Shown: piece after piece, positions 21,773 to 32,810 of the stretch | Position numbering within the stretch: position 1 is the first letter of the stretch | Layout of the letters: every line of letters begins with the position of its first letter | Source of the DNA: Patellaria atrata CBS 101060 | Taxonomy: Eukaryota | Direction: 5' to 3' | DNA: 36,333 bases | NCBI GenBank assembly: GCA_010093705.1 | Contig: MU006101.1 | Location: 310,001 to 346,333, forward strand | Position numbers and translations under genes: made by a program | The notes under the pieces: generated by a model | The model's database searches: none | Seen by the model: only the letters and a program-made list of their open reading frames with translations | Told to the model about the DNA's origin: nothing

Positions 21773-23010
21773 CCAGCTTTCAATCCGACAATTCAAAGTG
21801 CTATAGCTACATATCCATACGCAACGGCATGCAAAGTGGTCCTCCAATTCCGGACGAGATTCTGGGAGCATTTGAAGAATCCGATCTACGGTAGTTGTTC
21901 GACTACCACGGATATCCCAGGGATTGGTACTGTCTGCTGTATGTCTCGACTCACTTAATCACATATGTTCCGTTCCATGCTATTCTTACCGCTTCTATAA
22001 AGCTCAACTAACTTAACTAGACCCATCTTATGACATCAACTCCACTGGCCCTGGTGTCATGCTCGCTCAATATACTACCCCTAATATGGGCGACACCTTC
22101 GTTTTCTGATCTGAAAAGCAACACGTCGAGTACGTCCTCTCCGCCATTTTCGAGATTCACGGAGACATTGCTCCCGTGCAGTATACTGGTCAGTACAACA
22201 GGCGCCGCTGGGCGCTCGATGAGTACGAAACCGTGGGATGGGCGATGGCGCCGGTTGGAGCGCGTTCGAATCGGTTAAAAGCGTTCTTTGAAACGGAGAA
22301 GAATGTAATATTTGCGGGTGAAGGGGCTAGTTACACGAGAGCGTGGAGTAAGTACTTTGAGCGGCATATATAAGGTGAGACTTCCAATGCTGACTGGATT
22401 GTAGTTGCGAACGCTTTGGAGAGTGGAGTTAGGGCTAGTGTGCAGCTTTTACTTGGTGAGTCCCCTATAAATCAGATATCATTACAGAGAAGTGGATGGC
22501 TAGGTGGATCAGTATCTAACAGACGAATGTATAGCCCTATAATATTAAAGAATGCTTTGGGTTAGCGGCTTATCGCGCTCTAATTCGCTAGAGGACTGTT
22601 CATTATAGAAGAATTATAAAGCTGACAGGTTTAGCAAGTGTTGTCCTAAGACTTTAGCGTATCGCACTCCACGTTAACTACGTAAGCAAACTTTCGCCAA
22701 ACTTAATATCCGATCGGACGCTAGGGAATTCCCTGCCGGAATATATGAAATACTTAAAACACCATCTATATGCAAAATTGATAATGCATTTCTTGGGATC
22801 ACAAGCAACAAATTCGACGAACGTCTCTGATTTAAATCCCGAATAAGACTTGGAGCATTGACCTTCCACAAATGAAGCAGGCCCATTCTTTACAAACTAC
22901 TTTCCCAAGGTCCAGTTTATCACGATCATGGACTCACTTAAGAATATGTGATCTTCCACTGGTTTCAAGTCTGTGGTTGAGGATTTGTTAGACGCTGCCC
23001 TTCGTTCAAG

Positions 23011-24375
23011 ATGAAGCTTTTTGCATCTTCAAGCATTGCCCTCGCAGCGCTGCTCCAGAGCAGCCAAGTGGCCGCCCATACATTCATTTGGGTATGATAA
23101 TCTGTCTTATCTTCTCTTATTGTGGTTGGCTCTATCCAGCCACTGTACGCTTTGTACAGACAGAAAAACGTCTTCTCCAGTTCGACTGTCCATGAGATCT
23201 TCGGGACATGCACAGCTCGAAGGAAGCCTAAAGCCGTAGCACCAACTAAGAATGCAATGAAACAAAGAGAAAGCACAAATCTAACAAACATACTAACTCC
23301 TCCCAGGGCGTCTTCCTCAACGGCGTCGACCAAGGCAGTTTCCGCGGCATCCGAACGCCCGCCTTCAACGGTGCTCCCCCCTCGGGCTACAACAACTCGC
23401 CCGTCAAAAACCTCACCTCGATCGACATGCGCTGCAACGTGCTCGGGGACTTCCAGAACTCGCACACGATCAAGGTTGTCCCGGGCGACACGCTCACCTT
23501 CGACTGGCACCACGACTACCGCACCCCGGCCGACGACGTCATCGACACCTCGCATCACGGCCCCGCCATGATTTACCTGAGCCCCGACCCGCCGACCGAG
23601 AATAGCTTCGTCAAGATCTGGGAGAAGGGGCTGTGGGATGCGGGGGAGATGCTGAAGCCCGGGAAGTGGGCTACGACGGCGGATATTAAGGCGAATGGGG
23701 GGTTGATGCATATGCGAGTGCCTGAGGGTTTGAAAGCGGGATTGTAAGTCCATTTACCTTCTCAACCTCTTTCTAGCACGCATCGGGGTTTTAAGGGTGT
23801 ACTTTACGTGTTGACGAACGAGACAGTTACCTCGTCCGCGCCGAACTGGTCGGCCTGCACGAGTCCGACGCCCGCTTCGACCAGAACCCCATCCGCGGCG
23901 CCCAGTTCTACCCCAACTGCGTGCAGATCGAAGTCACAGGGGACGGGACCGTCGAGCTCCCCGAGGGCGTCGGGTTTCCCGGCGCATATAAATACAGCGA
24001 TCCGGGCGTTCATTATGATGTAAGCACTCTCTCACTCTTTTCCCTTCTCCCTTCCCCCCACAAAATAAATCACCCACACTAACACCCCCCTAGATCTACT
24101 GCTCAACCAAAACCAAAATAACCGCCCCGTGTACCCTGACCTACGAGATTCCCGGTCCGACGGTATGGTCAGGCGCTTATCCCGACACGACGGCCGTGGA
24201 GGTGGGACCGGTGTCGGGCGCGACGGCGAAGCAGCCGTGGTCGAGTTGGATCATCAAGAGCGTTGTTACGAGCGCGACCTATAGCGGCACGAAGGCGTTT
24301 GCCACCGCGACGAGTGTGTATACGGCGAGTTGGAGTAGTGTGTATCAGACGCCTACGCCTGCGCCGATGAGTTAG
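23011..24375 (+). CDS. AA9 lytic polysaccharide monooxygenase; exons 23011-23091, 23307-23743, 23827-24019, 24094-24375
   Basis: Signal peptide followed by His1 (HTFIWGVFLNGVDQG), NSPVKNLTS.DMRCN, SHHGP, YLVRAELVGLH, GAQFYPNCVQIEVTG, FPGAY...DPG and YEIPGPTVW; three canonical introns. Confidence 0.93.
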
Positions 24376-24831
24376 GGGTAGAGGGGGGGTATGACAGGGA
24401 TTTGTGGATCATGGACGTGGTGGATGATGGATGGATAGATGGCTGTATATGATTAACAATGTTGTGGATGTTGAATGCTACCGAAATGAATAAGGGTACA
24501 GTTGGTTACTTGCCATTTTGTGACAATTCGTGCCGATTGTACAATTATCTTCCGAATCGATTTTAGCTTGAGTTGTACTGTACAAACCTGTGCGGTCTCA
24601 AGGAACGAATTTAGTAGGACGCCATTGCGCGTACGGTGAAATGGACAGTGACCTGAGGCCATCAAACAAAAGACTGAAAGCAACAATTCATATCAATTCC
24701 CAAAGCACCATAGACTCAGTATACACAATAAGAACAACCGAACGCCGCCGTCCCAATTCCGAATTCCAGCCGATCTCATCCCAACCGCGCCACTGCACCA
24801 ACTCTTAAAGTCCCGAGTTTGGTTAACCAAT

Positions 24832-26021
24832 CTAGCAAACAGTGATGTACGCACCAATTCTAAAAACCAGTTAGCAAATGGAACCTATACCGAGGAGGAC
24901 AGTACTCACGGAGCAGGGTTATAGTCTTGGAACCAACTCAAGCTAGTATTGTCGCAGCCCTTCATCTCAACGCCGATGCTCTTACCAGCCGGGCAGGGGA
25001 ACGTAGCGATGAGCTTCGAAGTGCCAGGGGTGAACGTGAAGACACCGAAGTCCTTGTTGATGGATGGAGCCGAGTTCCACGTGACGTCCTCCTCAACGGC
25101 GTCGCAGGCCGCAAAGCGGATGTTGCCGGGACCGGACATCGCGTAGTCCGATGTGGTGAGGTACTTCTTCTCGGGGAGAAGAAAGACCAGACTGCATGTC
25201 TTGCCCGAGTATTCCTTTTTGACGTCAAAGTTCATGATGGTGTTGAAGGTGCCGCCGATGGTGCCGAAGTAGGATGTGCCGTAAGACTTGTCGGGTGCTG
25301 AGGAGTCAACTGGGACTATGAGATGAGGGAACTGTAGTTGTTAGGGATTGGATGTTTGGAGGGGAGAGGCATATATACCTCCCAGAGTCCAGTAAGCTTT
25401 GTGTGATCGCATGTATCCGCGGGTGCGGGAGCTGGTACATCTGAGCCACAGGACTTGTGACAGCCATCCGCCTCCAGCGTTAAAGGTACGCATCCACCTT
25501 GGCCAGCAGGAGCAGTAGTGAAAATGTTGAAACCACCGTGATCACCGGTAGGGCATGCAACGAACTTGGGGTTATTCTTGTAGGTGAGTTGGCCCTTGCA
25601 GTCGACATTGAAGAAGGGTGTTGGAGCCGCGCCCTGGTCACACTGCCATTGGGATGTCGGGGGTGTCAGAATGCAGCCACGGCCGTCCTGATCGGTCACG
25701 CCTGTATTGAAAGGCAAGTTAGAAGTGGTCGGTAAAGTTATGTGCAGAGAATAGATAACTCACCACCATACTTGTCAATGGAGTATGTAGATGCAGCAAG
25801 CCCTTGACCGATACGGTTTTGACCATCTGAGAGTTGTCCAATGATACCACCAGGACCACCCTTTCCAGTAAGCTTGAAGCGGCTATCCTGCATTTAGTAC
25901 AGCAGTAATAAAGCGTAATGATTGGCGGTGGGATGATTGGAACTTACCAAGATGTAGGGGCGGGTTTGGCAAATGCACCGGTAGCAAGACTAAGGGCAAC
26001 AGCTAAGGCAGCAGTCCGCAT
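24832..26021 (-). CDS. Secreted/cell-wall protein with a C-terminal But2-type (ubiquitin 3 binding protein But2 C-terminal) domain; exons 26021-25948, 25882-25764, 25701-25379, 25331-24910, 24859-24832
   Basis: Signal peptide, IGQLSDGQNRIG, D..GRGCILTPPT.QWQCD, EFPHLIVPVDSSAPD, NFDV....GKTCSLVFLLP and WFQDYNPAPIGAYITVC; four in-phase introns. Confidence 0.8.
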
Positions 26022-26966
26022 TCTGTATAGGATTGATGAGGCGACAGATGCGTACGAGGTTGTATATGAATTTGTTTGCGAGAAGAGGACAAGCAAGCGT
26101 TGACTTCAATTGTATGGGATAACGATGCTTGAGAATGAATACACTGTTGTAGAAAGTATACAAAAGTGATATGAAGAAAAGAAGAAATGGAACAAGAGGA
26201 CGAGAAGAGCAGCTTATAAGAGAAACGGTAAACTGGGCCTTCCGTAACGAACGTTCCCAAGATCCTTCATAGCGCTTTCCAAGTACATGCAGAGAAGGAA
26301 GTGAGGACCATATTACAGCAAGAACGTTTGATACAGCAGGTAAGAGCAGGTAATACAATGCAGGAGACTTGAACCACTACTAATATTAAGGAAAGTAAGG
26401 TTTACAACGGAGGTCATAGAGCCCTGACTGACTGTACCTTTTACACAAAGTTGACTTTCGATTGATTGTATAGATCGTGAGAACAACATTATCGGTCGAA
26501 TATGATACTGTTCCACTACAAGTACAGCAAGTGCACGGTAATTCAAAAGTGAAAAACCCAGAACTGGAAATGATACGCAAAGGAGGTGCAAGTAGACTAA
26601 CGTATAAAGCGAGCACTTACTGTCCTTCTATCATATGTAGTGAAGTCCTTGCATCCAGCTGAAACATGACGAAAGGTTCCTACTCTGTTGTTCAAAAGAC
26701 ATCATATACCGCAGAATTTTGCCTTACCTTAGAAGACACCCCTATTATATTGATAATCATGGAAGGTACCAATGTAATTAATGATTGCCCGGTAAGAGAA
26801 GACATCAGAATTGGTGAAAGAAGTAATAGTTAAAGAAGTATGTATTGACTAAGGACTCCATATGGAGAAGTCACCATCCTAGCTCACTCGATACTGAATA
26901 ATGGCGAAAGAATTGTTGTTGTTACACGTATATCTAATCTCTAGTATGAGACGCATTGATTCACAC

Positions 26967-27890
26967 TCAGATCTTCCCTCCCGTGAGCTCCTCAGCAATC
27001 TTTTTAAGTCGTTGTCTTGCCGGATCACTGAAGCCAGCACCAGAAAACATAGCCGTAGCATTGCGGGCATTCTCTTGATTAAGAAGGTCCTGAACAGAAG
27101 GTGGCTTGGTACCACTTTTAACGTCCCAAACACTTGTGACGGCCTCTCCTTCGAACATCGCGGGCTTCTCTGGGGTTCCGAATACTCTCTCCACAGCCTC
27201 ATCGAGCTGTGCTTCTGTTGTGATGAAATTACGAGCTTGCATGTATAATGTGTGCAGTGCATCTTTCTGCTCGTCAGTTTTTCTTTTTTCCAACCGCCGC
27301 ACTCCAGCCTGTTTCCTCTTCAAGTTTTCTACCCTCAGCACCGATAGCTTTCCATTCATCAACATCTTTAGTGGTAGATCAACGCTAGCGCTTGTCAAAA
27401 TCTCATCGTCACGCTCAGGCCGGGAAACAAGCTCTTGATTCTTTGCTTGCCGTCTTGTTGTCCGTTCGACCACTCTAAGGTCGGTCTCCTCTTTGCGTTG
27501 GTAAAGTTCCTGTAGACCAGAACGTAGATTTTTCCGTCTCGTTTCTGCTAACCGTTGTTTCCACAATAATCGCTCCGCATTGGGACCCCGAGGGGATTTC
27601 GCTTGTGAAGGTTCTTTCGTGGTTTTGCCCAAATACTCAGGGGTAACTTTTTGGGAACCAGTCACTGGATTGAATAGCGTTCGCGGAACAGGTAAGATGC
27701 CTTTGAGTCGTTGCCGCGTCTCAAAATCCGGTTGGGGAGCTTTTGGGATATCGATGTATTTAGGATGTTCTGGTCCTACAGCTTGCTGAGGGGATAAAGT
27801 TGAGAATGGACGCGACCGCATCGCAAGGGTGCAGGACCAACATGATGACGATTTCGAAACGATAAGACGTGGTGCCGAGGTAGATTGCAT
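26967..27890 (-). CDS. Probable mitochondrial small-subunit ribosomal protein (mS26-like), 307 aa
   Basis: Basic Ser/Arg-rich presequence (MQSTSAPRLIVSKSSSCWSC...RPFST), PEHPKYIDIP, KGILPVPR, WKQRLAETRRKNLRSGLQEL, LHTLYMQARNFIT and C-terminal IAEELTGGKI. Start placed at ATG 27890; family recalled, not searched. Confidence 0.65.
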   Translation of the reverse strand: MQSTSAPRLIVSKSSSCWSCTLAMRSRPFSTLSPQQAVGPEHPKYIDIPKAPQPDFETRQRLKGILPVPRTLFNPVTGSQKVTPEYLGKTTKEPSQAKSPRGPNAERLLWKQRLAETRRKNLRSGLQELYQRKEETDLRVVERTTRRQAKNQELVSRPERDDEILTSASVDLPLKMLMNGKLSVLRVENLKRKQAGVRRLEKRKTDEQKDALHTLYMQARNFITTEAQLDEAVERVFGTPEKPAMFEGEAVTSVWDVKSGTKPPSVQDLLNQENARNATAMFSGAGFSDPARQRLKKIAEELTGGKI

Positions 27891-28116
27891 CCTTTCGGTG
27901 CACAATTGAAAAATATGGAATAGATTTGATGGGATGCTGAGAAGAAGAGGATAAAATGTCTGTAAGTCGGGTTGCTGGTCGGGGATTAGTGCAAACAATG
28001 CAAATATATCTTGGCATGAATTTGTCCGCCAAAATTTAATTTGCATGTCTAGAGAAAAGCTCGATATTTCTTAACAACACATCCCCCAGACCATTCCTCC
28101 CCGATTTTTCGTCAAC

Positions 28117-30583
28117 ATGGGTACTGGTAAAAAGGAAGCAAATAGGAAGGCAAATCTGCCTTCCGGAGGAGATGGCATGGCCAACGTCAAAGTTAAAGGC
28201 GAGAATTTCTATCGGTATAATCCCTCGATTCCATTCTACAACTGGGCTACGGTTAACGAATCATGGCAGGAGTGCGAAGAAGGTCAAGACGCTTAATATA
28301 TTCAAGGATGGAAAGCGTATGTTTAACCTGGGGGATGCGGAATCCAACTTCTTACGGCGGCTGAATAATTTCTAGCACAACGTAATGCGTCTGGCAAGAT
28401 CACGAAAGCGGGGTCCTACCAGTCTCGCGATGCACCGATTGCTCGGGTAGAACCTAATAGGAAGTGGTTTACGAACTCAAGAGTCATCTCACAAGATGCT
28501 CTGGCCGCATTTCGGGGAGCTGTAGCAGAGCAGAGTTCCGATCCGTATTCCTGTATGGCTTCTACCTAACAGCTCAGTTGCGTCGATACTTATCACTTCA
28601 TAGACCTACTCAAGCAAAACAAACTTCCCATGAGTCTAATCCGGGATTCGTCGACTAAGAACGGTCTCAAACAACATCAAGCCAAAATGACAGTTGAAAC
28701 TGCCCCATTCAGCGATACATTTGGACCTAAAGCTCAACGTAAGAGGGTCAAGATTGGAGTGAGCTCACTGGAGGATCTAGCAGGAGAGACGGAAAAGATG
28801 CATGATACATACCTCGATCGTTTAGAACAAGCAAGACTTCTGAGTGGCAACTCTGGTGCTGATGCGGACAGGATAGACGATGACTCCCAAGACGGAACAC
28901 TGACTACAGCACGCGAAGCGATATTCTCTAAAGGCCAGTCGCGGCGAATCTATAACGAACTTTATAAAGTAATCGATTCCTCAGACGTTGTGTTGCACGT
29001 CCTGGACGCGAGAGACCCGGACGGAACTCGATGTCGAAGCGTAATAAAATATATACGTGAGGAGCACCCTCATAAGCATTTGGTTTTTGTTTTGAACAAA
29101 TCGGATCTTGTTCCCACCAACGTTGCGGTAAGTCTAAGAACTTCGAATTTCCTTTTTTCACTACCAAGTCTCCCTTATTCCTATGCTCTCCGAACGACTA
29201 CAGCAAGACGGTATCTCCTTAGCTTCCAACTTAGCAGGGATATTTGTCATAGTCCTACAATCGTCCAAGAAACCGTGAAATCGTGAAATCTTGAATATCC
29301 ATAGTTAAGTCAAGGTTACTTCCCGTACTACGTACGACTCGATGGAAGATACCTGTTACAACTGTGGGAGAATAACTACCTCCGCCCCTCTCAATGCCGT
29401 ACTGGTTGCGAGAAGATCTGGCTCGTTTTGAGCTGGATCACCAAGGAGCGTAGATGTTTCATTTATGAGTTGAGGAACAACGCTGTCTTTGGCAGCCCCA
29501 TGTTGTTTTTCATAGTAATGATCCATACAACCTTTTGTGTCACTTACTAATTTTTCTGTTTATTACTACTTAAGGGTTTATTTAGCGTTAGAGGCTAATC
29601 AATTTTTGTAGGCATCGTGGGTACGGAATTTGTCGAAAGAATATCCGACTTTGGCATTTCATTCGTCAATTAAAAATAGTTTCGGAAAAGGTTCGCTGAT
29701 TTCCCTACTACGACAATTTTCCTCATTACATTCCGACCGCAAACAGATATCCGTAGGACTTGTCGGATATCCGAATACAGGAAAGTCCAGTATCATCAAT
29801 ACATTACGAGCGAAGAAGGTATGTAATGTTGCACCGATTGCAGGGGAGACCAAAGTGTGGCAATATATCACTTTGATGAAACGGATTTACCTGATCGACT
29901 GTCCTGGAATCGTACCTCCAAACCAAAACGACACCGAAGAAGATCTCCTGCTCCGTGGGGTTGTTCGTGTCGAAAACGTTCAGAATCCTGAGCAGTATGT
30001 TGCAGCCGCCCTTCGTAAATGCAAACAACATCACGTCGAAAGGACGTACGATTTGAAAGGTTGGACATCAGCTACTGAATTCTTGGAACTGCTAGCAAGA
30101 AAAGGAGGAAGACTGTTGAAAGGCGGTGAACCAGACTTGGACGGCTGTGCGAAGATGGTACTCAACGACTTCCTAAGAGGCAAGATCCCTTGGTTTACAC
30201 CACCGCCAAAGGTCGAGGGAGACGGTGCAGTGAAGGAGGTTGGGATTGCTGGGAGAATAGGCAGACTGGGCGAGATGGGAATGAAGAGGAGAAGGGAAGA
30301 AGACCAGGATGAAAAAGAAGTTACCGAAGACACCGATGGTGTTGTCGAAGATACTAATGTTGATGAGGATGAGGATTTCAATGGATTTGATAACGAAACG
30401 GAAGCTCCTGATATCGACGACACGTCTTCACGTTCAGACGACATAGAAGGCGACGAGGAAGCCTCTATAGGGAATGACGCTACCGATGTAGAATCAGCAG
30501 GTGAGGGGGATGAGTCGGTCATGGAAGATGTCAAAGCAATATCTGCGGTTTTGGCAGATGCCAGAAAGAAAAGGAAGGGATAG
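28117..30583 (+). CDS. NOG2: Nucleolar GTP-binding protein 2 (pre-60S GTPase); exons 28117-28214, 28270-28316, 28376-28552, 28604-29127, 29612-30583
   Basis: MGTGKKE...[80 protein letters not shown]; four in-phase GT-AG introns. Confidence 0.97.
29296..29532 (+). ncRNA. snR191: Intronic box H/ACA snoRNA, snR191/U19 homologue guiding two pseudouridines in LSU rRNA helix 69
   Basis: Lies in the 484-nt NOG2 intron 4. Hairpin 1 has pocket strands AGTCA (29308-12) and GTTAC (29355-59), 14 nt before H box AGAATA (29369-74). Hairpin 2 has pocket strands GAGT (29467-70) and TAGT (29513-16), 14 nt before ACA (29527-29). The 5' end is approximate. Confidence 0.88.
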
Positions 30584-31939
30584 ATACTTGACGAACATGA
30601 TGACAGATGATACCACTTGAGAATTCGCATTTCACCTAGTTGATGTGCTTTCAATGAATATGGCTGTGCTGTACTTTACTGTACAATAGGTAAAACATAC
30701 AGGACTATGGTTTTTTGCGGTCACTTGCAGCGACTCTTACTTCTACACACTTTCCCGACACTACTGAATTCTCTCAAATGTCTAGAGCGAAAGTATAGAG
30801 TGCATCTCACTATAGTTACGCTTGAAAAACCCCCTGTAAAAGATACTAATTTAAGCTCAACTGAAAACTACATTAACTCAATCCGGCTAGCTCAAGACGG
30901 TCGAGCCTTACCTGCATTTCATGACTACATACAAATATCTGGAACTTCACCTCAAACCACCAGTGCTACACTCTCCTGGATGAGAAATCCGTATGATCAT
31001 GAAGTATTCAGCACAAACATAACACGAGGCACGAGTATGAAAAGAGGAAGGACGAGAATGAAATACTAAGGTACTGCGGTTCATGCACGACGTCGGAGCT
31101 GGGTCCTAAGGTATACACGACGCTCCGCTGAAGAGGGAGAGTCGGGACAGTTTTAATCCTGATATAGCATGGTATTCTATAAACACGATACGCGAAAGCT
31201 GGGTTATCATCCCGTTCAACCAAAGTTATACCATCCATCAATAGGGAACCCCCTCCCCTGTGTCAATTTCCAGACTCACATGAGATCTCGGCATAGGAGG
31301 TCTCTCCCGGTAAGTCAAATAGAAATTTCATCCGGCATCTCGATAGTCTGTGGCGTGAATGTGACCCTGGTACAATATAAACCCCTTCTACACCCATCTC
31401 TTAGCAGCTTCCTTGCATGGTCTGCGAAGCGTTCTGAGGGGATGGAGGTCGTGTGTTGGTTGGATTGACATCGGCCCATCCCGTCTGCGGTTGTTAGGGG
31501 AGATTCCTCCGATTTAGATATCGGAACTTCCTCCAGTCTCGATAGCGACAGTCTCTCCGTCATTGAGAATAGAAATGTCCCCTGGATTGTGAGTGGAGGT
31601 TCCTCCGGTACTGCAACTGCTCTTCCGCCCCCGCCCTTGTTCACAGTACGACTACCTCCATCACTAACAGCAAACCTAAATTTCCCCCCTCGTTCAAACC
31701 ACAACACCTCCATAGCCAACCGAACACCCCTACGGGAAAACCGGAGCTAGGTCTGGCATATTGGTAAGACCTGAGGGAGGCAAGTCCGTATATTTCGTCA
31801 CGATAGCTTTTTGGGTATTAAGTCGTTGGGGTGGGAGAGAGGGAGGGGAGAGGTAGTGGAAGTCTTTCGCTGAATAGTCAAGGTATGGGTTGGAACTGGA
31901 CTCCCAATTGAGCTATAGGAATCAACGGAACAAGAGAAA

Positions 31940-32037
31940 GAAAATAGAAAATAGAAAATAGGAAATAGGAAATAGGAAATAGGAAATAGGAAATAGGAAA
32001 TAGGAAATAGGAAATAGGAAATAGGAAATAGGAAATA
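31940..32037. repeat. Heptamer tandem repeat (GAAAATA)3(GGAAATA)11
   Basis: Counted directly; degenerate GGAAAA/GGAAAC units follow. Confidence 0.95.
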
Positions 32038-32810
32038 GGAAAAGGAAACGGAAACGGAGAACAAAAATAAAGACGATATTATCCGTGAGTAAGCTAACCA
32101 AAACGGGTTGTACATTGAGTTTTTTTTCGTCCAACGTCTAGGTATAGGAAGCAGCTCCGGAATCTTGTGTCTTCTTCTGATTGGATCCGCTTCGAAGTGA
32201 TATATTCCCGTACCTCAGCGGAGACTCGTAGTAGACTGACAGTATTTGGGGATTGTATATTCGAGTATTGGAAGTAAAATAGTGGTTTTGTTTAGAGTGA
32301 GGTTGTTAGGTTGGTGAGGAGAGGAGGGTGATGACGGGCCGCTTTGGGCTTAGCGTTTACCTGATTGGGTATTGAGAAGTGGAGATTGCCCTGGGAGATG
32401 GTGGAATAAGAACACGGGCCAGTTTGTCTTTGTTTTACGATTCCATTATGTTGAACTACATGTTGGATGTCAATTTAAGGGTATATTAAGGTGAGAAGTC
32501 ACTCATCATACACTTGATAAAAAAAAACCTTTTATTGAACAGCCGTGCGAGTGACCCTCGTTTACACTGATTGGGTATAAAATACTAGCGCCCTTAACCT
32601 TTCATACTCATAAGTAAATGTACATCAATAGATAGTTACAGTCCTGCAGGAATCGAAAGTATGCAACCTTTTAATTTCCCTTCGTGATGCGCATGTCTTC
32701 ATTACCTCTGCTAAATTGAGCCAGGAGGATGCCAAAAGGTTCTGCGATAATCGTATACTAACCACCCAATTCGCATCTCTTATACTCCAGAAGACGAGGT
32801 TTGAGAGGTT

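Larger units (their letters stand above)
19793..22519 (+). pseudogene. Secreted flavin-containing amine/L-amino-acid oxidase pseudogene
   Basis: Motifs IAIIGAGMAGL, EASQRLGGRVHT, YQEMGPMRFP, WKTIDGGLSRLPEAF, ACKVVLQFRTRFWE, FAGE..SYT.AWI.NALESG.R and KWMARWI. Lesions: in-frame stops at 20141, 21447, 21531 and 22107; a frameshift near 20275; an insertion at 21602-21772; and a last intron shortened to 20 nt (22456-22475). Confidence 0.88.

Noticed and set aside
23092..23306. Possible micro-exon (CCACT between CAG 23140 and GTACGC) in the long first AA9 intron
   Set aside because: A 5-nt exon would break the frame; simple splicing already gives HTFIWGVFLNG.
31940..32037. Regular repeat as a CRISPR array, telomere seed or coding repeat (ORFs reading FPISYFL)
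   Set aside because: No spacers, eukaryotic context, and the unit is not TTAGGG; the ORFs are artefacts of a stop-free repeat.
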